Assembly: GCA_001599295.1 (NCBI GenBank)
Contig: BCGN01000012.1
Coordinates: 186,001 to 250,000 of the forward strand
Length of the DNA: 64,000 nucleotides
DNA from: Sporopachydermia quercuum
Taxonomy: Eukaryota
Direction of reading: 5' to 3'
The position numbers were made by a program, and so were the translations under genes. The notes under the pieces are model-generated. The model was not told the DNA's origin, searched no databases, and was given only the letters and a program-made list of their open reading frames with translations. This document shows, one piece after another, positions 37,544 to 48,219 of the stretch; position 1 is the stretch's first letter, and each line of letters starts with the position of its first letter.

Positions 37544-37931
37544 ATTTTGTAACCCGTTCGAATTACAATCAAATCGTCATTGTTGATCTCTGTTTGTAGA
37601 GACTTTATGCATTTTATTTCAATATCCTTTTATAATATCACCTATATAATTCTTAAAGTTCTTCTGATTCTGATTAACTTAACTTAAGAGATTTATTGGT
37701 GTAACAGAGATCCTAATGATTGTTCATTTAGGATAATTGATGGTTGGTTTTGTTAAAAGAAAGCATTAACGTTGTAGGAAAAAATCTACAAGATATTAAC
37801 AAAACAAGAGCTTTTCAATTGATCTTTCTTTCACTGTTAGTAGCAATAGTTCGTAAGAATTCTATCAAAGAAACGTACTATTTGACTTCAGACTAAATAC
37901 CATCAGAATAGAACCATCAACATCCGTCGTA

Positions 37932-39736
37932 ATGATTGTTGGATCAAAACCTTTGGGTGTTTCTAACACCAAAAAGACCCATAGACCAAGATGGGGAAAC
38001 ATCGGCAGTAAGACATTCGACTCGACAGAGAATCAAAAAAAGTTTATTATGACAGATAGACAGGAAGGTCAAAAAGTCGAGGAGTATTCTCTATATCCAG
38101 AAGAAAAGTTTGCCGTTAAGAAACGATATGAGCTGGTCGAAGTATTGGGAAAAGGATCATATGGAACTGTCTGTTCTATCGTTGATTTGGCTTATAGTAA
38201 AGGCGGAACGGATGAGACTCCAATGATCCTTGCAGTCAAAAAGATCACAGGGATATTTAATAAACCCGTTTTAATGTTGAGAGCCGTTAGAGAGATCAAA
38301 CTGATGAAACTTTTCAGAGGTAAGTGGACAACGCTGTTTTCATGATTTCGAAAGCCACATAATAAGATCAATCATAACAAGTGATTTAAATACTAACAAA
38401 TCTATTATACTTTTGATAGGTCATAAAAATGTATCATGAAACCATTATTTCTTACAGCATGATAGGCATCATACTAACAACAATTAAAATCCACACAGAT
38501 CATTCAACTATTAGATCTCGATGTAGTAAATAAAAAACCATTTGCCGGCTTATACTGCTTCCAAGGTAAGCATCGAAACGAGATCTCACTGCTATCCTAT
38601 AATAAACACATAAAGAAATCATAGATAATAACACATTGTGCAAATAGAAAAGCTTGATTTTGATTTAGCAAATTTGATTCTCAAGCAAAAAGTACCATTC
38701 TCTGAATTCCACATAAAAATAATCATTTATCAACTACTGTGTGGTGTGAAATACATTCATTCAGCTAATGTAATTCACAGAGACTTAAAACCAGGAAATA
38801 TACTGATATCTCGTGACGGGGTACTGAAAATCACTGATTTCGGTCTGGCCCGAGGAATCAATTCTTCCAGAAAGTATGCTAATCAAAATAACAAGGCCAG
38901 AAACGAGATAACAAACAATATTATAGATTCACATATAACGGCATATGTCGCGACTAGATGGTATAGAGCACCAGAGCTGATTGTAAGCAATCGTATTTAT
39001 GGGTTTCCAGGTATGCAAATTTCTCTGTTTCATATTATCATTTATGTACCTAATGGATAGAGGTTGAGCAGAACTAACGAGGATGATAACCGTATCAGTT
39101 GATATTTGGGCAGTTGGCTGTATTCTATGCGAACTTATTGGCAGATACCCTATATTTAAAGGCACTTCAGAGGGATCTCAAATATTGGAAATACTAAAGG
39201 TGGTAGGAACTCCAAACCGTAGAACAATTCGTCGCTACGTTGATGAAGTATAATCTCTACCAGGTCACTCTATATCCATCCAAGAGATGCTAAATTACTT
39301 GATCAATAACTAACTTACAACATCAAAGTATGAATATTTCTTTCCACCCATACACGATAAAATACCGCGATTATTTTTCAATGAAATATATCCGCAGATT
39401 AGAGAAGAAACGAACGATTTGTTGGAGCATTTACTTTGTTTCAATCCTGAAGATCGTTTTGCAGCCGATGAATGTTTAGAGCATCCCTATTTCAATCCAG
39501 TACGTAATATTGAAGATGAAGCAGCATGCCCGCAACGTTTTGACTATGAATATGAAATGAAAAGTAACTCATCAGACTATCTATTTAGTATGAAGTACCG
39601 AATTTCCTGAGAGCAGTTATCAAGTAGTATTCTTTCTTTTGGTTTGTATTGATTGGATTCCATTTTTAACCTGACATTTCATTTTGATTTAGAAATACTC
39701 ATGAATGAAGTACACTCAATGAAAACAAGTCCTTAG
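37932..39736 (+). CDS. SMK1: Sporulation MAP kinase; 7 exons: 37932-38319, 38420-38430, 38499-38565, 38648-39010, 39099-39247, 39329-39587, 39693-39736
   Basis: Spliced product: [117 protein letters not shown]. The start could instead be the ATG at 38049. Confidence 0.88.
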
Positions 39737-40293
39737 TGATGATATTTCTGCTAGCAAGACTGCTTTCTATAATGGGCAATGCAAATAAATGAAAATTGAA
39801 GAAAATGAGACCAATTTTATTCTCAGTCTGTAGTATTGGAATACTTTACTTGCTTTTGTTCATTCAACAGCTGCCAACTTCCATTCCCTATTTTTGCTTA
39901 TCAGCTTCTGATCATACAATCAAAAATTTAAATATTATTTGTTCACCAAATCAAAAAAGTTTGATGGTTTAATATCACGTCATCATAAAAACATTATTTC
40001 CTCAACATAATCGACATATATTGAATTCACTCTATTATTGATAGCAATGGGGCTTACAATCAGCAAACAATTGACACCCTAATAAACAGCGTTCTTATAT
40101 TAACAACTAAATGATTACCTTATCTAAATCTCCTTATATATTCAACATTTTCCTCTACAATCATAACCCTTATCGTACGTTTCTTTTTCACCCCTGTTAT
40201 GGGCCTCATGTATCGCCTAAGCCGCCTGGCTATTAGATGAGAATTATCCCCAGAAATCATCAATTGAACAAATAACGCCTGCTTTTCGGCAAA

Positions 40294-43200
40294 ATGGGCC
40301 AACAATTATCACTTATGATGACCAATGCTCCAGCTGTAGCTATCAGCTCATACATATTCGAACTTGGGAACGTTCAATACGAAACTACAATCGGCAACTC
40401 CAGGTTTTTGAAAACGGTTAACATCTGTGATGATAAAGGCTTAGCAGTAGTGAAGTTATTCATAAAACCACCATTAGGTTTGAACCTACAACCATATGTG
40501 AAGAAGCTACGAGCGGAACACCTATCATTACAGATCTGTGCTTCAGTTCTACCCTATGAAGAGATAATAGAAACAGACCGTGGTGGATATTTAATCAGAC
40601 AACATTTACGATGGAGCCTATACGATAGAATAAGTACCAGACCTTTTCTGGAGCCATCAGAAAAGAAGTGGATTGCCTTTCAGCTTTTAAAATGCTTAGA
40701 CGACTGTCACTCCGTTGGAGTTTGTCATGGTGATATCAAATCAGAGAATGTACTATTGACATCATGGAATTGGGTTTACTTGACTGATTTCGCATCATTC
40801 AAACCAACAGAGCTTCCTGACGATAACCCTTCACAATTTTTCTTCTATTTTGACACCTCGCAAAGAAGAAATTGCTATTTAGCTCCTGAAAGGTTCTATC
40901 CTCCTAATAATTCGAAATTCACTGTAGGTGACGTTTCTTCTACTGCAGCAGACCAAAACACATCAGCATCTTCATCCTCAATAGAAAACGCCAATCACGC
41001 TTCCAATACCTCGATTTTTCCTTATAATAAACCAGAATTAACCCCAGCTATGGATATCTTCAGCTTGGGCTGTGTCATTGCTGAACTTTTCCTGGAGGGA
41101 ACACCTATCTTTTCTCTTGCTCAGCTTTTCAAATACAAAGCTGGTGAATATAAACCTGATTTATCCCTGATTGAGGATATCTACGTGAGAGAAATGATTA
41201 CCAGTATGATAAGTGTTGATAGCAGAGATAGAAAGAAAGCAAGCGACTATTTGACAAGATATCGGAAGAAAATATTCCCTGATCATTTTTATACATTTCT
41301 CTATGAGTATATGAAAGATTTAACACTGCCACCAGGGTATATTGATCCATCTGCAGGACCTGATGATCGATCTAATGAATGTGATGATCGTATAAGCAAG
41401 ATATTTACTGATTTTGATAAGATCTGCTATTTTCTCGACCTGGAGCAGGAGGAGCAGGAAATTACGGGAATTGCGGGTCAAATAAGACGAGATAATCCGG
41501 ATGCAATTAGTTCGGAAGATATTCCACTTCCTGGAAGTTCCGGTATAACTTCCGCACCAGTTCATTCTGATCCTTCTCAGAGTGCATTGATCTTCCTATC
41601 TATCCTCTTCTCTGCAATACGAAATACTTCCACAACCTCTTCACGTGTCAAGGCCTGTGAATTGATTCTTCTATTAGGCCAAAGAACTCACGACGAAGCA
41701 AAACTAGACCGTTGTATTCCATATTTAGCTTCTATGCTTGAAGATTCCAGGGCAGAAGTTCAGTCAGCTGCATTAAAGACCCTAACAAGTTTAATAGCCT
41801 CGGTTGAAGTTGTGACACCAATTAATGCATTAGTATTTCCGGAGTATTTAGTCCCAAGACTGCAAAGTTTGATTAACTCGTGTAGTGCATATACTCGAAT
41901 GATATTTGCATCATGTCTTCCGCTTTTAGCGACCTCGGCACTGGAAATATCCCGCAAAGCGGAAATCTTACGTCTGAATGTTCTCCGGACTTTCATTGAC
42001 CCGGAAACAGAAAATGGAATACCCGCGGGTACCCAATCAGTGGCGATTTCAGCCACCGCGCTTTCAGAACCATTTGAACAATTTGCTGTGGCTTTGTTGA
42101 CGGATTCGGAGCCCTCAGTTAAAATAGCTTTATTACAGAACATTCTTCCGTTATGTCGATTTCTCGGAAGAGAGAAAACAACAGATATTGTGCTAAGTCA
42201 CCTGATTACCTATCTGAATGACCGCCACTCTCGACTGCGCCTTGCCTTTGTCTGTGCTGTTCCAGGAATATCCGTTTGGGTAGGACCGGAGGCTCTGGAA
42301 CAATACCTTTTACCGCTATTGATCCAGACATTAGCCGATCCTGAAGAATTTGTAGCTGTGGCGGTTGTTCAAACATTTGTATCGCTTTCGCGGCTTGGAA
42401 TGCTCCGTCGTCATTTGGTAGAAGATTTGCTGCGGTCGGTCCTTCCGTTGGTTTACCATCCGAACAATTGGCTTCGGCAAGGAGCACTCGGCTTAGCAGA
42501 AGCAGTTTCGGCTAGGATGAGCTCCGCCGAGATATACTGCGTATTTTATCCCATTATTCGGACATATCTCGATGCAGAGGTCACTAATTTCTCACTCGGA
42601 AGCTTATATCTATGCGCTAAGGCTCCAATGCCGAGAAATGTATATAACCAAGCTCTTTCATGGGCCGCAAGCTCGGCAACAAACATTGCAAATTTAGTTT
42701 CAAGTTTCTGGCAAAGTGGAAATGCCGATATAAGTTCCGAGAAAGACCGAGATTGGCTACTGACTTTAAAATCATCGGGATTAGCCGATACCGACATGTT
42801 TAAATTGATTGCTCTTAAAGATTATATTTGTCGAGTTTCTCGGCTTCGACCCCGTATGACTGGCGGAAGTAACTCCGATGCTCGGTTCCATAGCGGATTT
42901 TATGATACCTCAAAGCTCCTGTCACCGCAAACTGTGTTTTTCGACAGTCCGTCCTCGTACGGAAGTAATAGCTTTCAGAAGGTTCCGTTAAATTACGGTG
43001 AAGACAGTGAAGAGACATCATCCATTGAACCGAGATCGGAAACTTCGGAAGCTATCGGTAGCGGAAATGATGACAATATCCCTGCGGCTATAAGCGGCGC
43101 TGTGTCTACCACAGTTTCTCCCACGGCGAGCGGATCCAACACACCGGGGATACTACTTTTCGGCAAATCTAAAGCCGAGCCTGTGTCATCTACGAATAGC

Positions 43201-45249
43201 GAAACCGTTTTCGGAAATATATCGGAACCGTCAACAGAGTTGAACTCTAATTCTGACCAACTTTTATTGTACAATAACCGAATTCAAACTCAAAATCAGA
43301 CTGGGACATCGGGAACCGGCAGCTCTATTGGGACAAACCGGATAGAAATGCCGCCCGTGCTATCAAATACGGAAGAGATATCAAGTAGCATTACGAAACA
43401 AAAATGCCAAATGCTCGCCCGAGAATTGAGTCACACTTATTCTGGCAACGACCAATATGTACTGAAATATCTCAAGAAGGTTGAAATTGAACCGGAGCTA
43501 AAGTTGTTTGATGAGTTTGGGCCGATTGTTCCGCAATATTTTGGCTCACTTTCCATCCAGGGAGAACAGACTGAATTAAGTAATCAGAACACTACTTCCG
43601 GTAATGTGCCTAAATTCTGGACGCCAAATGGGGTTCTAGTGGGTAGATTAACGGAACATACATTAGGAATAAATCGGATAGCTGTTTCATATGATCATAG
43701 TTTTTTCCTAACTGCTTCTGATGACGGAACTGTTAAAGTTTGGGATACGAATAAGGTTGTTAACAACATAGTGGGCAAGTCGGAGCTTACATTAAGTTTC
43801 GGCTCAGCAGTCAAATCGCTTTGCTTTGTACACAGCAGAAATGTGGTATTAATCGGAACCAAAGACGGAATCATCCGGTTGATCCGAATAGACATCCGCG
43901 TTATCCCGAACTCTGTTCCAAACTCAGCTCGATCTTCATTTGGAAGTTTCGGACCCCTCGGTACTTTCGGCACTTTCGGAAGAGGGGACGACTCCAACAG
44001 AGAGTACACTAATGTCGAATTACTAGGAGAATATCACTTAAGGCCTAAAACCTCATCATCCAAAGCCGAGTTCGGAATAGATGTAGCTTATTATGAGACT
44101 TCTTCCATTCCGACGGCTTTGGTTCTCACGTCTAAAGCTCGGCTTGTTGCTATTGACATCCGTACTATGGACACCTTATTTTCGAGCCAAAATCCTTTGT
44201 CCCACGGGGTTCCGACCCGACTTTTAGTTGACCCCGAAGTCACATGGGCTGTCGTGGGAACAAGCCGAGGCATAATTGATGTATGGGATTTGAGATTTAT
44301 ACTACATATTAAAGCTTTCGGAATACCGGGATGTTATCCTATTGAAGATCTCCGATTATACCCGGGAGTAGCACATCAAGGGAATCAGCCGGAGAAATCT
44401 AGGCATAAGGAATCTCGATGGATCTGTGTTGCTGGTGGAACAAATCAGAATGAAGTCACAATATGGGACCTATCCCGAAGTCAATGCCGAAAAATCTATC
44501 GAAGCTCAGTCTATCCGACATCAGCTTCGAAATCAGGCTCCAACAATAGTTCTAGTTCTGCTTTTACCTCAGCACCCGAAAATCAACCTAATCCAGAAGC
44601 TTATGAACCTATTCCGGTAGATTCCACTGTTGTATCGAGCCACATAGGAGACAATGACTCCAATTCAACCCGAATAAACAAAGTTTTGACTAGCAATATG
44701 CAAGCTTTGAACCTTGATTCCCTTTCGGCAAAACTAGCGAATTTGAATGTTAGTTTGATTGTTCCTAATTCCGGATATAATACGACACATACTCTTATGG
44801 GTTCTTACGTTATCCGGAGAATTTTAACATTTGATTTAGATAGCTCGAAGGACAGTACCTCGGAAGTCTTCGGAGAAAAATCATTATACATTCTGAGCTC
44901 CGGGTCAGATTTAAGAACTATTTTTTGGAACTTATCCCGAATAGATCAATCTCAGGTTCTAATTGGAGACAAACTCAACCAAAGAGAAATGTGTGTCTTC
45001 TCAACCTCCCAACCAAATCAACATTTACAGATAGTAAATCAGAAGTACCGAAATGGAAAATTAGTCGAGAAACTTAACTCTGATTTAGGAACTAAAAGGA
45101 AGGTAAATCGGACAACAGTTATCTCGGAAGAGCAACAGGAATTGATAAGAAATCATCATGATTACGTTAATGATATGGCTGTCATTCACAAGCCATGGAA
45201 TATCATTATCAGTGGAGATCGCTCGGGGGTGATTAATATGTATAAATAG
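40294..45249 (+). CDS. VPS15: PI3K regulatory kinase Vps15 (kinase - HEAT - WD40)
   Basis: Myristoylation-type start MGQQLS, plus LYDRISTRPFL, HGDIKSENV, LTDFASFKP and CYLAPERF, HEAT repeats and WD40 repeats. Confidence 0.95.
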   Translation: MGQQLSLMMTNAPAVAISSYIFELGNVQYETTIGNSRFLKTVNICDDKGLAVVKLFIKPPLGLNLQPYVKKLRAEHLSLQICASVLPYEEIIETDRGGYLIRQHLRWSLYDRISTRPFLEPSEKKWIAFQLLKCLDDCHSVGVCHGDIKSENVLLTSWNWVYLTDFASFKPTELPDDNPSQFFFYFDTSQRRNCYLAPERFYPPNNSKFTVGDVSSTAADQNTSASSSSIENANHASNTSIFPYNKPELTPAMDIFSLGCVIAELFLEGTPIFSLAQLFKYKAGEYKPDLSLIEDIYVREMITSMISVDSRDRKKASDYLTRYRKKIFPDHFYTFLYEYMKDLTLPPGYIDPSAGPDDRSNECDDRISKIFTDFDKICYFLDLEQEEQEITGIAGQIRRDNPDAISSEDIPLPGSSGITSAPVHSDPSQSALIFLSILFSAIRNTSTTSSRVKACELILLLGQRTHDEAKLDRCIPYLASMLEDSRAEVQSAALKTLTSLIASVEVVTPINALVFPEYLVPRLQSLINSCSAYTRMIFASCLPLLATSALEISRKAEILRLNVLRTFIDPETENGIPAGTQSVAISATALSEPFEQFAVALLTDSEPSVKIALLQNILPLCRFLGREKTTDIVLSHLITYLNDRHSRLRLAFVCAVPGISVWVGPEALEQYLLPLLIQTLADPEEFVAVAVVQTFVSLSRLGMLRRHLVEDLLRSVLPLVYHPNNWLRQGALGLAEAVSARMSSAEIYCVFYPIIRTYLDAEVTNFSLGSLYLCAKAPMPRNVYNQALSWAASSATNIANLVSSFWQSGNADISSEKDRDWLLTLKSSGLADTDMFKLIALKDYICRVSRLRPRMTGGSNSDARFHSGFYDTSKLLSPQTVFFDSPSSYGSNSFQKVPLNYGEDSEETSSIEPRSETSEAIGSGNDDNIPAAISGAVSTTVSPTASGSNTPGILLFGKSKAEPVSSTNSETVFGNISEPSTELNSNSDQLLLYNNRIQTQNQTGTSGTGSSIGTNRIEMPPVLSNTEEISSSITKQKCQMLARELSHTYSGNDQYVLKYLKKVEIEPELKLFDEFGPIVPQYFGSLSIQGEQTELSNQNTTSGNVPKFWTPNGVLVGRLTEHTLGINRIAVSYDHSFFLTASDDGTVKVWDTNKVVNNIVGKSELTLSFGSAVKSLCFVHSRNVVLIGTKDGIIRLIRIDIRVIPNSVPNSARSSFGSFGPLGTFGTFGRGDDSNREYTNVELLGEYHLRPKTSSSKAEFGIDVAYYETSSIPTALVLTSKARLVAIDIRTMDTLFSSQNPLSHGVPTRLLVDPEVTWAVVGTSRGIIDVWDLRFILHIKAFGIPGCYPIEDLRLYPGVAHQGNQPEKSRHKESRWICVAGGTNQNEVTIWDLSRSQCRKIYRSSVYPTSASKSGSNNSSSSAFTSAPENQPNPEAYEPIPVDSTVVSSHIGDNDSNSTRINKVLTSNMQALNLDSLSAKLANLNVSLIVPNSGYNTTHTLMGSYVIRRILTFDLDSSKDSTSEVFGEKSLYILSSGSDLRTIFWNLSRIDQSQVLIGDKLNQREMCVFSTSQPNQHLQIVNQKYRNGKLVEKLNSDLGTKRKVNRTTVISEEQQELIRNHHDYVNDMAVIHKPWNIIISGDRSGVINMYK

Positions 45250-45933
45250 ATTGAATGATACCGGAAATTCTAGGTTGGGTGAGAAAGAGCTTTGAAAGTG
45301 GTGAGAAAGCTCCGAAAGTACCCTAAGAATGTTTGATATCATTTAGGATGACATGCTTTACAGTTGGCTTGATATGGACGTTGACTACATGACCTTAATG
45401 TGATATCCCATTATCTTGTTACCGTTAACCTTGATGAGATTTATAATGAAAGAACCTTTATATATGTACTATATAAAATATACCTAGTATACGCTAGAAT
45501 GATAGTGCTGTTCTTATATCGAGGTGAAGATGTTTAACAATAGAAGCTTACATAATCAGAATGGTTTCCTACTTGGAGTTAAAGTTAAGAAAGTTATTAC
45601 TTAAAGTTCGGCTATTAAACTATGTAACCTTAACACTTAGCGTNNNACGCTAAGTCTTAAGGTTTCTGCATGGATATGCATTTAGCTTGCAGCTATCATA
45701 CATTGATCTCCACCTCTGATTTTCCAGTTTCCTTCTGCGAAATTTCATTGAACTTCTCAATTCGTTTACTTCCCTTTTCTTTCCTACCATCAACTACATT
45801 ATATGTTTAGGATAATCCTAATATTTCTTTACCTATAAAACTCAATTGCTAGCTAATCATTTGCTAACTTGCTATGCTTAGCATCAAACCAAGACAACTA
45901 TCCAAGTCCTCTAAACATATTCATCAATTCATC

Positions 45934-46731
45934 ATGGATTTCACTAAACCTGAGACGGTTCTAAACCTGTCTAACATCCGAGACGCTCTAGTTAGAATGG
46001 AAGATACTATTGTTTTTAATATGATTGAAAGAGCACAGTTTTATCAAACAAATATAATCTACCAAAGCAAAGAAAACGGTGATGAAAAGTATATAGAAAT
46101 ACCTNATTTCAACCGTTCTTTCCTTGACTGGGCTTTACTAGAAAGTGAGAAAATGCATGCTAAAATAAGACGCTATGAAGCACCAGATGAATTGGCATTC
46201 AATCCAAAGGAATTACCAAAGCCAATTTTGCCAAAACTCGAATACCCAAAACTCCTTGCTAGCTATAGTAATGAGATCAATTTAAACAATAAGATCAAAG
46301 AGATCTATATAAAAGAAATCGTTCCTAGAATAGCAGCAGGGCCAGGAGAACAGAATGAGAACTATGGTAGTTGTGCTATTACTGATATAGATGTTCTGCA
46401 GTCTTTAAGTAGGAGAATACATTTTGGTAAATTTGTTGCTGAAGCAAAATATCAAACAGAGAAAGAGAGNTTCACTCAGTTGATTTTGGCAAAGGATGTT
46501 AAAGGTATAGAAGATGCAATTACGAATGCCGCCGTCGAGGAGAAGATTCTTGAACGATTAGAGGAGAAATCATTGGCTTATGGCACGGATCCAACTTTGA
46601 AATGGAGCCAGAATCCTCAAGGTAAGATTGATCATAATGTTGTTTCTGAAATTTATAAGAAATGGGTTATTCCTTTGACGAAAGAGGTTGAAGTTGAGTA
46701 TTTATTGAGACGATTAGAAGATGAGGAATAA
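45934..46731 (+). CDS. ARO7: Chorismate mutase
   Basis: MDFTKPETVLNLSNIRDALVRMEDTI, LQSLSRRIHFGKFVAEAKY and VIPLTKEVEVEYLLRRLE. An upstream in-frame ATG lies at 45874. Confidence 0.96.
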   Translation: MDFTKPETVLNLSNIRDALVRMEDTIVFNMIERAQFYQTNIIYQSKENGDEKYIEIPXFNRSFLDWALLESEKMHAKIRRYEAPDELAFNPKELPKPILPKLEYPKLLASYSNEINLNNKIKEIYIKEIVPRIAAGPGEQNENYGSCAITDIDVLQSLSRRIHFGKFVAEAKYQTEKEXFTQLILAKDVKGIEDAITNAAVEEKILERLEEKSLAYGTDPTLKWSQNPQGKIDHNVVSEIYKKWVIPLTKEVEVEYLLRRLEDEE

Positions 46732-48219
46732 GTGCGTTAGAGTAATAGGAATGAAGGTTGATAATATGAATAGAATAGAATAAAAGAGGAAGTATACTGA
46801 GAGATAGGGAGGATATAATAATAATAATTCTTAACTGAGTTATGTATTGTTTATTGGATTAGTTGATTTCATTCAATAGTGCTTGTTAGATGTGTTTTGC
46901 AGTAGAACAATGAGAAGGGCAAGGTGGTGAACTAAGGAGCAAATGAAAAATATCAGGATTGGTTGTTGATTGATCGTTGAGTCATTCATCATATTTCATT
47001 CTTCATTGTTAAAAATAATAAAGTGGTACGTTGTATGAAAACTCTTACAATAATTTGATTAATTAATATTCAATCATTTGGTTGAACTTTTGCCTATGTT
47101 TCAACTAGTTGAATAATTAGTAGAATAGACATTCAAACGCCCATTCATCATGAATTCGACCCAGTATATACTGGGGAGCACTGCTTGATTGATAATACGT
47201 TCAAGCTATGGGTAATCTAATTTGACCCCTTGAATAGGTTAGTTGGTATGTGAATTTATGTATGAAGTACTAGTAGCATAAGAGTGATACCCAGGTAATG
47301 GAAGCCTTCTTTTATCTGCTTGTCTCCTTCAAATAAAGCATTTCATTCTTGTCATTCACCTTCAGGTAAGGCAGTCATTTTCTAAATCGTAAATTGATAA
47401 TGATATAATTAATAAGTCTTATAGTCTTATGGTTCAGTTCCTCAAGTCGATCATCCTCAATCATTCATCTTCTAAGATTCAATCCAGTGTAAAATATAGT
47501 TATAGTTATTAGTAGCTCTATCACAATCCTATATACAATCTATCGGTCTATTCTTCACGAGGATAAAAGATTATAACAAATAAAAAAAGAGAAAAAATAA
47601 AAGTAAAAGTAAAAAAGAAAAAAGAAAAAAAGAAAAAGATGAGACTGAATTATCGTGCTATTAATTAACAATTAGGAGCTGACAATAATACTTGTTGACC
47701 CGTATAGAATGATCATCAATATCAGTCAAGTACTAACAATAATTGAAGGGCAAATACNGATGATTTTCTATGTTATAATACAATTATATTTTCTGTTCTC
47801 TTCTACTGAGTTGATGGGAAACTGTGCCATTTAATGAGTTGATGCTGAATGATTGATATACCCGAACTTATAGTTTGTCGTTCATATTGTTATATTAACA
47901 ATTGCAACTATAACGATAGTATCCAAATAGTGATCATCATGCTGATTCCTATCCTATAGTTACAACTCATTATCACACGCATCTTTATACTGATACCCAT
48001 TTCTATTCTAATGCTGGTACAGTCACTGACAACTGGTCTCCTTTCTATTCCAACCGTCAATCCATTCTTTTCCTACCTAATTATTCTATTATTATACATA
48101 GTCATAGCCATCAATGAGCATTCTCACCCTACCACCAAAACTTTTTTCTTTTCTTTTCTCTTCTACTTGAGCCCCGACTTTTCAGTTTTTGCTCAATCTT
48201 CCATCTATCAACCACCTCC

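Noticed and set aside
38773..38853. Possible alternative CUG decoding (Ser or Ala clades)
   Set aside because: CTG encodes conserved Leu in LKITD and DFGLAR of SMK1 and in AYLK of LRP1, which indicates the standard code.
41320..45342. Many antisense ORFs of 60-127 aa over VPS15, and similar ones over other genes
   Set aside because: Shadow ORFs of real coding sequence, favoured by locally higher GC, with no independent evidence.
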